Shown: piece after piece, positions 1 through 10,238 of the stretch
How positions within the stretch are numbered: position 1 is the first letter of the stretch
Layout: the number at the start of each line of letters is the position of its first letter
Source of the DNA: Syntrophales bacterium
Lineage (GTDB): Bacteria > Desulfobacterota > Syntrophia > Syntrophales > UBA4778
DNA length: 64,000 nucleotides
NCBI GenBank assembly: GCA_963665615.2
Contig: CAXXQE010000001.1
Location: forward strand, 637,151-701,150
Direction: 5' to 3'
Position numbers and translations under genes: made by a program
The notes under the pieces: model-generated
Told to the model about the DNA's origin: nothing
Database searches by the model: none
What the model saw: only the letters and a program-made list of their open reading frames with translations

Positions 1-1940
1 GTGGCGCCAGCCTTGATAGCATCGTCCTTGGACATGAGGACGGTCGAAACAGGGAGATTGCGCCGGATATATTCGTTGGCGAGCCTCTCGATTTGGATCA
101 GCTCTTCCTCTTCGATCTTCGAGAAATGAGTGAAGTCGAAGCGAAGCCGCTCGGCGTTAACGAGCGAGCCCGACTGTTTGATGTGGTCCCCAAGAATCGC
201 CTTCAGCGCGGCGTTGAGGATATGCGTGGCGGAGTGGTGGCCCTCGATAGCGCGCCGCTGTGTCGTATCGGCCGTCAGGGTCACTGCGTTGCCGATCTGG
301 ATCGTTCCCGATACGACACGTCCGATATGCGTAATCAGATCCTCCACGGGGCGCTGGGTGTCGCGGACTTCGAAGACGAAACCGTCTCCAGCGATGAGTC
401 CGGTATCGCCGATTTGACCGCCCGTCTCGCCGTAGAAGCACGTCTGATCGACGAAGAGCTCCGCCTCGTCGCCGGCGGCGATTGTATCGACGACCTCATG
501 GTTTTTCAGCATCGCCGTTACCTTCGATTTGACCTCGGTCACCCCTTCGTAGCCCTTGAAGATCGTCGAAATGCCGCCGACAGAAAGCAGCTTGTAGGCA
601 TCCGAAACGGCCTGTTCGCCGCTGCCCTTCCATGATTCGCGGGCCTTTTCACGCTGGGCCTCCATGGCCCGCTCGAAGCCTTCCATGTCCGGCGTGATCT
701 TGTCCTTCTTCAGGATATCCGCTGTCAGATCGACGGGGAACCCGAAGGTATCGTAGAGTTTGAAGACGATATCACCAGGGAAGACAGCCAGGCCTTCTTT
801 TTTCAGAAGTGCGACCTCGTCGTTCAGGATGCGCAAACCCTGGTCGAGGGTTTCTGTAAACCGCTCTTCCTCGTTGAAAATGACCTTGCGGATGTAGTTT
901 TCTTTGTCGATCAGATCGAAGTAGGGGTCTCTCATCTGATCGATGATGACCGAAGCGGCGTCGTGGAGGAATGGCGCATTGAGGCCCAGGAGTTTTCCGT
1001 GACGCGCCGCGCGGCGCAAGATGCGGCGCAGGACGTAACCGCGTCCCTCGTTGCTCGGCAGGACGCCGTCGCCAATCAGGAAGGTGATCGAGCGACTGTG
1101 GTCGGCGATCACCCGGATCGAGACATCGTTTTCCGGGTCTTTACCGTAGGTTTTTCCGCTGATCTTTTCAACGAAATGAATAAGCGGTTGAAAGAGATCG
1201 GTGTCGTAATTGCTGTAAACGCCCTGGACGACCGCTGCCAGGCGCTCCAGCCCCATGCCGGTGTCGATATTGGGTTTGGGCAGCGGGGTGAGCTTGCCGG
1301 TCGCGTCACGGTCGAACTGGGTGAAGACGTGGTTCCAGATCTCCAGGTGGCGGTCGCAATCGCAGTAGACGTCGCACTCCGCCCGTCCGCAGCCAACGCC
1401 GGGTCCCATGTCGTAAAGGATCTCCGAGCATGGCCCGCAGGGGCCGGTATCGCCCATCATCCAGAAGTTGCTCTTTTCGCCCATCCGGACGATCCGGTCG
1501 GTGGGGACGCCGACGATGTTATGCCAGATTTCGAAGGCCTCATCGTCGTTTTCGAAGATCGTGATCCAGAGTCGGCTCTTGTCGAGCTTCATTTCTTCTG
1601 TGAGAAATTCCCACCCCCAGCAGATGGATTCCTTTTTGAAATAGTCTCCGAAAGAGAAGTTCCCGAGCATTTCGAAGAAGGTGTGGTGACGGGCCGTGAC
1701 GCCGACGTTTTCGAGGTCATTGTGCTTGCCGCCCGCGCGGACCGATTTCTGAGCACTTGCCGCCCGCGTGTACCCGCGATCTTCCAGGCCCAGGAAACAG
1801 TTTTTGAACTGCACCATTCCGGAGTTCGTGAAGAGCAGCGTCGGGTCGTCCTTCGGGATCAGTCCGGAGCTCGGGACGATGGTATGTCCCTGCCGCTCAA
1901 AGTATTTCAGAAATCGTTCTCTGATTTCTTTGCCAGTCAT
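1..1940 (-). CDS. alaS: Alanine--tRNA ligase (5' part; runs off the left edge)
   Basis: Manual minus-strand translation from ATG at 1940: MTGKEIRERFLKYFE...DPTLLFTNSGMVQFK...GGKHNDLENVG..ARHHTFFEMLGNFSFGDYFK...DTGMGLERL...GRGYVLRRILRRA...YDTFGFPVDLT. Not in the ORF track because there is no stop inside the window. The recA-recX-alaS order is typical. Confidence 0.97.
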   Translation of the reverse strand, partial: MTGKEIRERFLKYFERQGHTIVPSSGLIPKDDPTLLFTNSGMVQFKNCFLGLEDRGYTRAASAQKSVRAGGKHNDLENVGVTARHHTFFEMLGNFSFGDYFKKESICWGWEFLTEEMKLDKSRLWITIFENDDEAFEIWHNIVGVPTDRIVRMGEKSNFWMMGDTGPCGPCSEILYDMGPGVGCGRAECDVYCDCDRHLEIWNHVFTQFDRDATGKLTPLPKPNIDTGMGLERLAAVVQGVYSNYDTDLFQPLIHFVEKISGKTYGKDPENDVSIRVIADHSRSITFLIGDGVLPSNEGRGYVLRRILRRAARHGKLLGLNAPFLHDAASVIIDQMRDPYFDLIDKENYIRKVIFNEEERFTETLDQGLRILNDEVALLKKEGLAVFPGDIVFKLYDTFGFPVDLTADILKKDKITPDMEGFERAMEAQREKARESWKGSGEQAVSDAYKLLSVGGISTIFKGYEGVTEVKSKVTAMLKNHEVVDTIAAGDEAELFVDQTCFYGETGGQIGDTGLIAGDGFVFEVRDTQRPVEDLITHIGRVVSGTIQIGNAVTLTADTTQRRAIEGHHSATHILNAALKAILGDHIKQSGSLVNAERLRFDFTHFSKIEEEELIQIERLANEYIRRNLPVSTVLMSKDDAIKAGA

Positions 1941-1977
1941 CGAATCAATCCTCCACAGTGATATGTTTGTTGGGCAG

Positions 1978-2475
1978 TCAGTCGCACGATGCGTTTATTC
2001 TCATTTTTTTGAGTCGATCGTAGACCAACTCCAGGGGGTAGCCCTTGCGGGCAAGCGCCAGGAGCAGCTTGCGGGCGGAACGTTCAGCCGCAATCGCTTC
2101 GGTTTCTTTGCCTGCGATGTCCATCCCTCTTTTTTGAATCAGTCTGTCGAGGCCCTCCGCCTCGCTCAATTCCGTTCTTGCCGCAGTAATGGCCCCTTCG
2201 ATGAGGTCGCCGGCAATTCCTTTTTCCAGCAAAGAGGCGCGAATGCGCGCGTTGCCGTAGAGTCTATCGCAGGCTAAATGATGCGCCCAGCGGGCGGCAT
2301 GCCGGCCGTCGTCGAGATAGCCGTTCTCGATCAGGCGTTGAAGCGCGATGTCTATCACGACGTCTTCGAATCCCCGCTCGCGGAGTTTACGGCGCAACTC
2401 CTGACAGCTGTGGTCCCGGAAGGTCAGCAGCTTAAGGGCTTTGTCAAAGGCCTTCTTTTCTGCAGCCTCTGTCAC
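1978..2475 (-). CDS. recX: RecX regulatory protein
   Basis: ALKLLTFRDHSCQELRRKL..GYLDD..YGNARIRASLLEKGI motifs; directly downstream of recA. Confidence 0.9.
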   Translation of the reverse strand: MTEAAEKKAFDKALKLLTFRDHSCQELRRKLRERGFEDVVIDIALQRLIENGYLDDGRHAARWAHHLACDRLYGNARIRASLLEKGIAGDLIEGAITAARTELSEAEGLDRLIQKRGMDIAGKETEAIAAERSARKLLLALARKGYPLELVYDRLKKMRINASCD

Positions 2476-2481
2476 GGCAGA

Positions 2482-3492
2482 TTACTCGGCGGCCTTCCGA
2501 CCCGGGAGCTCCAGCTTGACCCGCAGGGCCTCTTCAATTTCTGCCATCGTTTCCGGGTGTTCCTTGAAGAAAGCCCGGACGTTTTCCCGGCCCTGGCCGA
2601 GCCGTTCGCCCTTGTAAGAATACCAGGCGCCGCTCTTTTCGATCAAACCATGCGTCGCGGCCAGATCCAGGATGTCGCCTTCGCGCGAAATGCCCTCGCC
2701 GAAGATAATGTCGAATTCCGCCTCGCGGAAGGGGGGGGCGACCTTGTTCTTGACGACTTTCACGCGGGTTCTGCTGCCGATGACGCTGTCGCCCTGCTTG
2801 AGGGCGGTGATCTTCCGGATGTCGAGACGCATGGAGGCGTAGAATTTGAGGGCGTTTCCGCCGGTCGTGGTTTCCGGATTGCCCATGAAGACGCCGATCT
2901 TTGAACGCAACTGGTTGATGAAGATCACGGTGGTTTTCGATTTGCTGATGGCGCCGGTCAGTTTTCTCAAGGCCTGCGACATGAGACGCGCCTGGAGCCC
3001 CATCTGCGCGTCTCCCATATCCCCTTCGAGTTCGGACTTGGGAACCAGCGCGGCGACGGAGTCAATGACCATGACATCCAGGGCGCCGCTGCGAACCAGC
3101 ACCTCGGCAATTTCGAGGGCCTGCTCTCCAGTGTCCGGTTGGGAGATCAGGAGGTCGTCCGTATTGACGCCGATCTTGCGGGCATAAACCACGTCCAGCG
3201 CGTGTTCTGCATCAATGAAGGCGGCCAGCCCGTTTCGCTTCTGTGCCTCTGAGACGATGTGCAGAGCCAAGGTCGTCTTTCCGCCCGATTCGGGGCCGTA
3301 GATCTCGATAACCCGTCCGCGGGGAACGCCACCCACGCCGAGCGCATAGTCGAGACTGATCGCACCGGTCGGGATCACCTGGATGTCCGCGGCGATCTCC
3401 TTGCCGCCCAGCCTCATGATGGAGCCCTTTCCGAACTGCCGTTCAATCTGTGTGATCGCCAGATCTACTGCCTTTTCCCTGTCGTCTGCCAT
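2482..3492 (-). CDS. recA: Recombinase RecA
   Basis: [20 protein letters not shown] (Walker A), [33 protein letters not shown]. Confidence 0.99.
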   Translation of the reverse strand: MADDREKAVDLAITQIERQFGKGSIMRLGGKEIAADIQVIPTGAISLDYALGVGGVPRGRVIEIYGPESGGKTTLALHIVSEAQKRNGLAAFIDAEHALDVVYARKIGVNTDDLLISQPDTGEQALEIAEVLVRSGALDVMVIDSVAALVPKSELEGDMGDAQMGLQARLMSQALRKLTGAISKSKTTVIFINQLRSKIGVFMGNPETTTGGNALKFYASMRLDIRKITALKQGDSVIGSRTRVKVVKNKVAPPFREAEFDIIFGEGISREGDILDLAATHGLIEKSGAWYSYKGERLGQGRENVRAFFKEHPETMAEIEEALRVKLELPGRKAAE

Positions 3493-3587
3493 GGTCTATG
3501 GACCTCCTTCAATAATCTTAGAGGGTGAAAATCAATTTTAAGCTTATGAATACGCTGTCCTGCTTATTGAACGCCTAAATCAAAAAT

Positions 3588-4200
3588 TTATAGCTCCCTG
3601 CCCGGGGCAGGGAAGCTCTCCAATACAGTGTAAACCGGTCCGTCCGGGCGAAGTTCGCTTCGGAAGAGTTTGAGATCCGCGACGGTGAAGTGGTCTTCCA
3701 GCGGTTTGCCGAATTTCTGAAAGGCCGTTGCGAGATCCAGTCGCTGCGTCCCCGGCCGTGTCCGCCCCAAGGTGAGGTGCGCCGTAAAGGGGCGTTCCTC
3801 CTTTTTAAAGCCGAGCTCCTGTAAATCTGTGGCGATCTGCTGTTGAAGCCTGCAAAGATGGTCGGTCTGCCCTTCAAGTCCGAGATAAAGAACCCGGGGC
3901 CTGGTGACGGCTGGAAATGCGCCAAGTAACCCGAGATGTAACATAAAAGGCGAGAAACCTTCCATGTTTTTTTTTAACGACCGCCGCAATCAGCCCGACG
4001 TTTTCAGAGGGGATGTCTCCGAAAAACTGCAACGTCAAGTGGATCAACGACGGCCGGGTCCACCGGATCGTCCGTTCGGCGCCTCTCAGGAGGTTTTTCA
4101 GCCGACTCTGGATACGGCCGAGGGTCTCCTTGATTTCCTCTGGCAGATCGATCGCCAGAAAGGCGCGCACAGAGATGCCGGACGGCAGCTCGTTGGTCAT
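3588..4200 (-). CDS. thpR: RNA 2',3'-cyclic phosphodiesterase (2H family), split by a frameshift in an A9 run at 3967-3975
   Basis: RAFLAIDL...HLTLQFFG in ORF 3874..4200 and F..HLTLGR...LFRSELRPDGPVY in ORF 3588..3989. Removing one A joins them as VVKKNMEGF. The cinA-thpR-recA order is common. Confidence 0.88.
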
Positions 4201-4201
4201 T

Positions 4202-5452
4202 TTAGAGATCTCCCATTACAAAGGATCGGATCATGTCCAGGGCGTGCTGGGACGTGATCTCCTTGATCCAGCGACGACGGTCCCACCGGAAGGCGAAGTG
4301 CCGGCAGATCGTGCAGTCCGGTCCGGCCACGGCGATAAAGACCGTTCCGACCGGTTTTGCATCCGATCCGCCTGTCGGTCCGGCGATGCCGGTCGTCGCG
4401 AGGCCCAGATCGGTTTGGGCGATTCGCCGGGCACCCTCGGCCATGAGCCGGGCCGTTTCCTCGCTGACAGCGCCATGCACGGCGATGACCTCCGCCGGGA
4501 CGCCGAGGGTGTCGATCTTGCAGTCGTTGCTGTAGGCGATAATCCCGCGATTCAGGAAAGCGGAGCTCCCCGGGACATCGGTCAGGCGGTCGGTAATCAG
4601 GCCACCGGTCAGGGACTCGGCCACGGACAGGGTCAGGCGCTTTTCCGTGAGAAGCCCGGCGACAATGCCTTCGAGGGTTTCGTCGTCATAGCCGAAGAGG
4701 TGCGGTTTCAGCGCATTGGAAATCGTTTCGACAGTTGAGTCCAGACGGTCGCGTGTCGCCGCTTCATCGGTACCCTGAGCACTGATCACCACGTGGGTTT
4801 CCGGGTAGCGGGGATAAAATCCGACGGTGACCCCTGACGCGGTCGGGCCGAGTCCGGCAACGATCTGGTCAACACGCGACTCGGCGATGCCGAAGAGCTT
4901 GAGGGTTTTGCTCATGGCAAACTGTCTGGGGCCCTTGGCCGCTTTCCGGAGTACAGGCAGGACGCCGTCCGGCCAGATTCCCCGGACCTCCGAGGGGACG
5001 CCGGGAAGGGTGACGGTCATCTTTTCCCCGTGCCGCAAGACAAAGCCTGCGGCGACCCCGACAGGGTTCGGGATGATCTCCGCGCCTTGCGGGAAGATGG
5101 CCTGTTTGGCGTTGTTCTCGCTCCACTCGATCTTGAACTTTTCAAAGCGGGCCTTGATGGTTGCCAGCGTCGTCTCGTCGGTAAAGAGGGCGCGTCCGAA
5201 GATCTCTGCGATCGCCTGGGTCGTCATGTCGTCCGCCGTCGGTCCAAGCCCGCCGGTCGTGATGACGACGTCGGCAACGCCCATCAAGAAGTGCAGGCCC
5301 CGGCGGATGTCTTCCATTTCGTCGCCGACGGAGAGCATGGCAGCGATCCGCCAACCTTCCGTGTTGACGTTCTGGGCGATCCAGGCGGAATTAACGTCCT
5401 GGATGCGGCCGGTGGTGAGTTCGTCGCCGATGGTCAGAATTCCTATTTTCAT
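4202..5452 (-). CDS. cinA: CinA family protein (molybdopterin-binding domain plus PncC NMN deamidase domain)
   Basis: IGDELTTGRIQDVN, TTGGLGPTADD, LPGVPSE, SVAESLTGG, GAVS, TTGIAGPTGGSDAKPVG. Confidence 0.95.
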   Translation of the reverse strand: MKIGILTIGDELTTGRIQDVNSAWIAQNVNTEGWRIAAMLSVGDEMEDIRRGLHFLMGVADVVITTGGLGPTADDMTTQAIAEIFGRALFTDETTLATIKARFEKFKIEWSENNAKQAIFPQGAEIIPNPVGVAAGFVLRHGEKMTVTLPGVPSEVRGIWPDGVLPVLRKAAKGPRQFAMSKTLKLFGIAESRVDQIVAGLGPTASGVTVGFYPRYPETHVVISAQGTDEAATRDRLDSTVETISNALKPHLFGYDDETLEGIVAGLLTEKRLTLSVAESLTGGLITDRLTDVPGSSAFLNRGIIAYSNDCKIDTLGVPAEVIAVHGAVSEETARLMAEGARRIAQTDLGLATTGIAGPTGGSDAKPVGTVFIAVAGPDCTICRHFAFRWDRRRWIKEITSQHALDMIRSFVMGDL

Positions 5453-5453
5453 A

Positions 5454-5915
5454 TCATATCCCCGTTATGTGGATCAGAAGCCTCAGGCTCAGGTGTGCGT
5501 AAATCCCCGCGACGACGTCGTCCAGGACGATGGCATAGCCGCCGTGGAGCCCCGTCTCGCAGATATTTGCCGGAAAGACCTTCAGGATATCGAAAAGCCG
5601 GAAGAGAAGGTAGCCCGCGAGTATGTGCAAGAAGGTCGGCGGGACGGCCAAGAGGGTGACCAGCATTCCGGCGATTTCGTCGATGACGATCCAGCCGGGG
5701 TCTTTGCGCCCGTTTCTGTCGAGACGTTCGGCCACCCCGGCCGTGTAAATGGCCAGCGCCGTGAGGGCGATCATTGCCGTCATCTGCAGTGGCCACGCAA
5801 ATCCGGAAACCATCAGGAAGAGGGGAATGCCTACCAGCGATCCGACAGAGCCGGGGGCTACCGGACTGTAGCCGGTACCGAATCCCGATGCGATCGTTTT
5901 GATGACAGCTTTCAA
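5454..5915 (-). CDS. pgpA: Phosphatidylglycerophosphatase A
   Basis: GFGTGYSPVAPGSVGS, KDPGWIVIDEIAG, FRLFDILK.FP, GGYAIVLDDVVAG. The start (TTG at 5915) is approximate. Confidence 0.93.
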   Translation of the reverse strand: MKAVIKTIASGFGTGYSPVAPGSVGSLVGIPLFLMVSGFAWPLQMTAMIALTALAIYTAGVAERLDRNGRKDPGWIVIDEIAGMLVTLLAVPPTFLHILAGYLLFRLFDILKVFPANICETGLHGGYAIVLDDVVAGIYAHLSLRLLIHITGI

Positions 5916-6137
5916 AGTTAAATCGGTCCTTTTGCAGCGGCTGGGGCCGCGGTTTTCAGTTAGCGGTTGCCGGTTAACGGTCAAAGAGAACAACTGTCGC
6001 CCACATCGGCTTTAACCGTGCCTGTGCAACTTGATTCGAAGACAAAATTGTGAGGCAAAACTACCATCGTGCGCTTGTCTTTATCAAGTGAAATGCTCCG
6101 GATTTTAAAGTGTTTCTTTTCAGTTCCCAAATTCCGG

Positions 6138-6166
6138 TTGACAATAGAACAATCGTTCTATAAAAG
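6138..6166 (+). promoter_or_regulatory. Sigma-70-like promoter of dinB overlapped by a LexA(Cheo)-type operator palindrome
   Basis: TTGACA at 6138-6143 and TATAAA/TAAAAG at 6159-6166. Perfect palindrome ATAGAAC-aatc-GTTCTAT at 6144-6161 with a GAAC-N4-GTTC core. Confidence 0.65.
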
Positions 6167-6295
6167 CAAGCAAAAAGATGTTGGCGGGGATGGTTTTTAT
6201 CCCGCGGGGCGGATTACGTGATGGCTCTCGAACGCGATTGGTGACTCACCGGAGCTTGCTCTGGTAACTCTTCAATTTCCATTGTGATTTATCTT

Positions 6296-7609
6296 ATGAC
6301 CGGAACCACTTTTTGTCTTCATTCCTGGCCGCGGGCCATCCTCCATGTGGACGGCGACGCCTTCTTTACCTCTTGCGAAGAGGTGATGCACCCGGAACTC
6401 AAGGGTAAACCCCTTGTAACGGGCGCTGAGCGCGGAATCGTCGCCTGTCCGAATTACATCGCCAAGGGCATGGGGGTGCGGCGCGGCGTGTCTCTACGGG
6501 AAGCCAAGGCGCTTTGTCCCGGTCTGATCCTGCTGTCGTCCGATTACGAGAGCTACAGCCTCTTTTCAAAGCGGATGTTCCACATTATCCGGCAGTACAC
6601 GCCGCAGGTGGAGGAGTATTCGATCGACGAGGCCTTTGCAGATCTGACCGGGATGCGCCGGGCCCTGCACGCCTCCTACGACGAGATCGCCCGGAAGATC
6701 AAGGAGCAGATCCGGCAGGAACTGGGGTTGACCGTTTCCGTAGGGCTGAGCGTCTCCAAGGTTCTAGCCAAGGTGGGTTCCAAATATCGGAAGCCGGACG
6801 GTCTGACGCTGATCCCGGGCAGATCCATTCCCGCCTATCTCAGGGACCTGCCGGTAGAGAAGATCTGGGGGATCGGGCCTGCCACGACGGAATATCTCCA
6901 CAAGATGGGCGTCCGGACGGCCCTGCAATTTACGACGCTTTCAGAGGAAACGGTACAGCGGCGCTTCAGCAAGCCGGGTATCGAAATCTGGCGGGAGCTG
7001 CGGGGCGAATCGGTTTCAGGCGTCATTCCCGAAGCGAAGAGAACGTATGCGTCCATTTGTAAGTCCAGGACATTTTCCCCTCCGACGCGTCAGCCCGACA
7101 TGCTCTTTGCCCACTTAATGAGGAACCTCGAATCGGCCTGCATCAAGGCCCGCCGGTACGGCCTGGCACCGAGAAAGATCGCTGCTTTTCTGAAACAGAA
7201 CGATTTCAATGTGTCCGGGAAGGAAGCGAAGCTGACGCGCCCTTGCGTCTATCCGCTGGAACTGTCGGAGCTGCTGCGGGGACTCTTTGACGCCGTCTAC
7301 GACCAGAGGGCGATCTATCGGACGACGGGCGTCGTGCTGCTCGACCTCGTTCCGGACAATCCCGTCCAGTATTCACTCTTTGAGGAACCCCTTCGGGGCG
7401 AGAGCGTCCGGAACCTCTATGAGGCGACGGATCTCGTCAATGACAAATACGGCAAGCACACCCTCCACCTGGGCGGGGCGCACCTCATTGATCAGTTCGG
7501 CAAGGGCAGGCGAGGGGAGGCGACCGATAGGGAAAAGAACAACTTTTGCGGAGAGACACGCCGCAAGCACCTGGGACTTCCGATTCTTCATGTGAAACCC
7601 TCCCGGTAA
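6296..7609 (+). CDS. dinB: Y-family DNA polymerase IV
   Basis: HVDGDAFF, YSIDEAF, SVGLS.SKVLAK...KPDG, IWGIG, little-finger domain, C-terminal QYSLF clamp-binding-like motif. Confidence 0.93.
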   Translation: MTGTTFCLHSWPRAILHVDGDAFFTSCEEVMHPELKGKPLVTGAERGIVACPNYIAKGMGVRRGVSLREAKALCPGLILLSSDYESYSLFSKRMFHIIRQYTPQVEEYSIDEAFADLTGMRRALHASYDEIARKIKEQIRQELGLTVSVGLSVSKVLAKVGSKYRKPDGLTLIPGRSIPAYLRDLPVEKIWGIGPATTEYLHKMGVRTALQFTTLSEETVQRRFSKPGIEIWRELRGESVSGVIPEAKRTYASICKSRTFSPPTRQPDMLFAHLMRNLESACIKARRYGLAPRKIAAFLKQNDFNVSGKEAKLTRPCVYPLELSELLRGLFDAVYDQRAIYRTTGVVLLDLVPDNPVQYSLFEEPLRGESVRNLYEATDLVNDKYGKHTLHLGGAHLIDQFGKGRRGEATDREKNNFCGETRRKHLGLPILHVKPSR

Positions 7610-7861
7610 GACAAGCTTCTCTTCCGGACTGTCCCGCCGGGGCCATCCTTCTCCCTGGGATGACCATCCGTTCAAAGTGCATGATTATTCCTTCATAAAG
7701 GATTTTTCTGCTGAATAACTTTTTAATCAATAACATCAAAAGGTTTAGCTTCCGCCAGCCTTGAGGGCCCGGAGGGAAAATCCATCAGTTCGCCGCCAAT
7801 CCCGACAAACCTCTTTTTTGTAACATCATAAAATTAAATGACATTTCGCGAATCCTCTCGG

Positions 7862-7877
7862 CGGCATGTTCGTTGCA
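7862..7877 (+). promoter_or_regulatory. Putative sigma-54 (-24/-12) promoter for the inhibitor-protease operon
   Basis: CGGCATGTTCGTTGCA is GG-N10-GC, preceded by an AT-rich tract. Confidence 0.55.
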
Positions 7878-8097
7878 AATTCGCAGGCCAAAGCTTCAGC
7901 AGAGCGGAATCGCGAAAATGTTTCGGCGATTCTGCTCAAAATAGCGACCCCATGTCGGAGGCCTCTCTATTGAAAAATTCGGCATTTAAAGTTTTCTTCC
8001 CCTATGCCGGATTGGATATTCGGTGACGTTGGTCACAGCCGACCGACCGGTGCTCCGGTATTTTATCCTCGAAACAAACGGTTTCGAGGGCGGTGTG

Positions 8098-8588
8098 ATG
8101 ATGATTGACGTGCGTTTCCTTTTTAGTTTAAGGCCCCCCTACGGTTCGCTGCGATATGCGACGCCGACCCTGTTCATTGTTCTGTTTCTATTCGCCGTTG
8201 TCCCCCTTTGTTTCGCCTCCGGATTAAGCCCCTCGGGAAAACATGGAAAGGATTCCATGATCATTACAAAAGAACAGAACGGACACCGGTTCACGGTTCT
8301 CCGGGGACGACATTCGCGATTGAACTGCCCTTCCTCGGCAGCGCCGGATACGGTTGGCATATTGAAGAGGTGGACAGCGATCACCTGCTGTTCCTGAAGG
8401 AAGAAACCAAGCCAATCGATACGACCGGAAAGATCGGCGGCCCCATTTTGGGGGTCTGGCATTTCTTGGCCGTCAAACAAGGAACAACATCCATAAGGAT
8501 GAGTTATTACCGGGCCTGGGAGGGACCGGCTACGGCGTTGGAGCAGTTTGCCGTGGAGATCAATGTTGAACAGGAGATAAAGAAATGA
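8098..8588 (+). CDS. Chagasin-like (MEROPS I42) cysteine protease inhibitor, secreted; frameshifted near 8301-8306
   Basis: Hydrophobic N-terminus and ITKEQNGHRFTV in one frame; GTTFAIELPFLGSAGYGW...GKIGGP...F.AVKQG...MSYYRAWE in the other (the three chagasin loops). Adding one base at CTCCGGGG joins them. The stop overlaps the protease start (ATGA). Confidence 0.8.
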
Positions 8589-10150
8589 AGACGTTAGAAA
8601 AAAGAATCCTGATTTTGCTGGGGCTGTTGGTGCTGCTTTTTATCGGAACATCCGCCTGGGCAGAGAAACTGGACGTCGTCCAGAAGGCGATCCGGGACCA
8701 GGGCAAACACTGGGTGGCAGGGGAAACGGAAAACTCCCGGACGCCCGCCTATGCCGCTGAATATGCCAAGGGGCGGCGCATCGGCCTGATCAAGCCGACC
8801 TTGACCGGAAAAGAAAAGCTCTTTTCAGCAACGGTTTCTCAGACGATGACTTACGGGATCACGTTTCCCACTGCCTTCGACTGGTCGACTGGTGGGGCGC
8901 TCAATGACGGCAAGAATTATGTCTCCCCGGTCCGTAACCAGGGCAACTGCGGCAGTTGCTGGGCCTTCGCAACCACGGCGGCCCTGGAATCCTATGCCAT
9001 GATTCAGGGCGGAGACAGCACCTGCTACGTCGGGTCGTGCGATCTGTCCGAGCAGATGGTGTTGACGTGCAGCGGTGGCGGCAGCTGCAGCGGCGGCAGC
9101 ATTACGACGCCGTCCAGTTATTTCGTCAATACAGGTATTGCGACCGAAGCAGCCGATCCCTATAACATCTCCGCTACTACCTGCTCTCCGGCCTCTTACT
9201 GGGTCAACCAGGTTCACAAGATCAATTCCTGGGCCTATGTCGCGACAAGCTCTCCAACGGTCGATGCGATCAAAAATGCCCTGGTGGCCACCGGCCCGCT
9301 GGTGACGACGATGGCCGTCTATCAGGACTTCTACCTGTATTACCGGAGTGGCGTTTACTCCTATACATCCGGTTCTTACGTTGGTTCCCATGCAATTGTG
9401 ATCGTTGGCTACCAGGATGACGCTACCTATCCGGGTGGAGGATACTTCCGGGTAAAAAATAGTTGGGGTACAAGCTGGGGCGAGGCAGGGTTCTTCCGGA
9501 TCGCCTATTCGGAGCTTAACAGTGTTGTTAACTTCGGCGACTATACGCTGGCCTACCAATCGGCGGTTGCTTCCGGCATTCCGGCGGCCCCGACCAGTTT
9601 AACGGGAAGCGCTCCCTCCAGCAGCCAGGTCAGCCTGTCGTGGGCGGATAACTCTCTCAACGAAGACGGTTTCAAGATTGAGCGTTGCTCCGGCACCGGT
9701 TGCACTGCGTTTACCCAAATTGCAGCGGTCGGTTCCAACGTGACGACCTACACGAACAGCAGCCTCAGCGCCTCTACTGCCTATACCTATCGCGTTCGGG
9801 CATACAATATCGCCGGTGATTCGGGGTACTCCAATACGGCAAGCGTAACCACCCTGGCACCTCCCCCCGCGCCGACCGCCCCTAGTGCGCTTGGCGCTAT
9901 CAGTGGAAAGCTGCAGGTTACGCTGTCCTGGACGGACAATGCCACGACGGAAAGCGGTTTTGCTATCGAACGCTGCGCGGGTAGCAACTGTACAAACTTT
10001 GCCCAGATTGCAACCGTGGCGGCGAATACAAAGTCATACATCAATAAGAACCTGAAGCGGGCAACAACGTATTCTTACCGCGTCCGCGCCTATAACGCTG
10101 GTGGCTATTCGGGTTATTCCAACATGGCAGGGGCAACGACGCTTAGATAA
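8585..10150 (+). CDS. Secreted papain-family (C1A) cysteine protease with two C-terminal fibronectin type III domains
   Basis: Signal peptide; QGNCGSCWAF (catalytic Cys), GSHAIVIVGY (His), KNSWG (Asn); two W.DNS..E.GF.IER...Y.YRVRAYN FN3 repeats. Confidence 0.93.
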   Translation: MKTLEKRILILLGLLVLLFIGTSAWAEKLDVVQKAIRDQGKHWVAGETENSRTPAYAAEYAKGRRIGLIKPTLTGKEKLFSATVSQTMTYGITFPTAFDWSTGGALNDGKNYVSPVRNQGNCGSCWAFATTAALESYAMIQGGDSTCYVGSCDLSEQMVLTCSGGGSCSGGSITTPSSYFVNTGIATEAADPYNISATTCSPASYWVNQVHKINSWAYVATSSPTVDAIKNALVATGPLVTTMAVYQDFYLYYRSGVYSYTSGSYVGSHAIVIVGYQDDATYPGGGYFRVKNSWGTSWGEAGFFRIAYSELNSVVNFGDYTLAYQSAVASGIPAAPTSLTGSAPSSSQVSLSWADNSLNEDGFKIERCSGTGCTAFTQIAAVGSNVTTYTNSSLSASTAYTYRVRAYNIAGDSGYSNTASVTTLAPPPAPTAPSALGAISGKLQVTLSWTDNATTESGFAIERCAGSNCTNFAQIATVAANTKSYINKNLKRATTYSYRVRAYNAGGYSGYSNMAGATTLR

Positions 10151-10173
10151 TCTCCTGCATATTGGATGTGCAT

Positions 10174-10219
10174 AAAAAAGAAGAGGCGGAATCAGAAATG
10201 TTCCGCCTCTTCTTTTTTT
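10174..10219. terminator. Bidirectional intrinsic terminator between convergent genes
   Basis: AAAAAAGAAGAGGCGGAA-tcagaaatg-TTCCGCCTCTTCTTTTTT inverted repeat. Confidence 0.85.
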
Positions 10220-10238
10220 ATGCACTTTATTTTCTAGA

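Noticed and set aside
93..1961. Long plus-strand ORFs 93..635 and 963..1961
   Set aside because: Antisense shadows of alaS, with no recognisable motifs.
3967..3975. Programmed ribosomal frameshift in thpR
   Set aside because: The same kind of indel recurs in four unrelated genes, and none of these families is known to use recoding. Sequencing error is more parsimonious.
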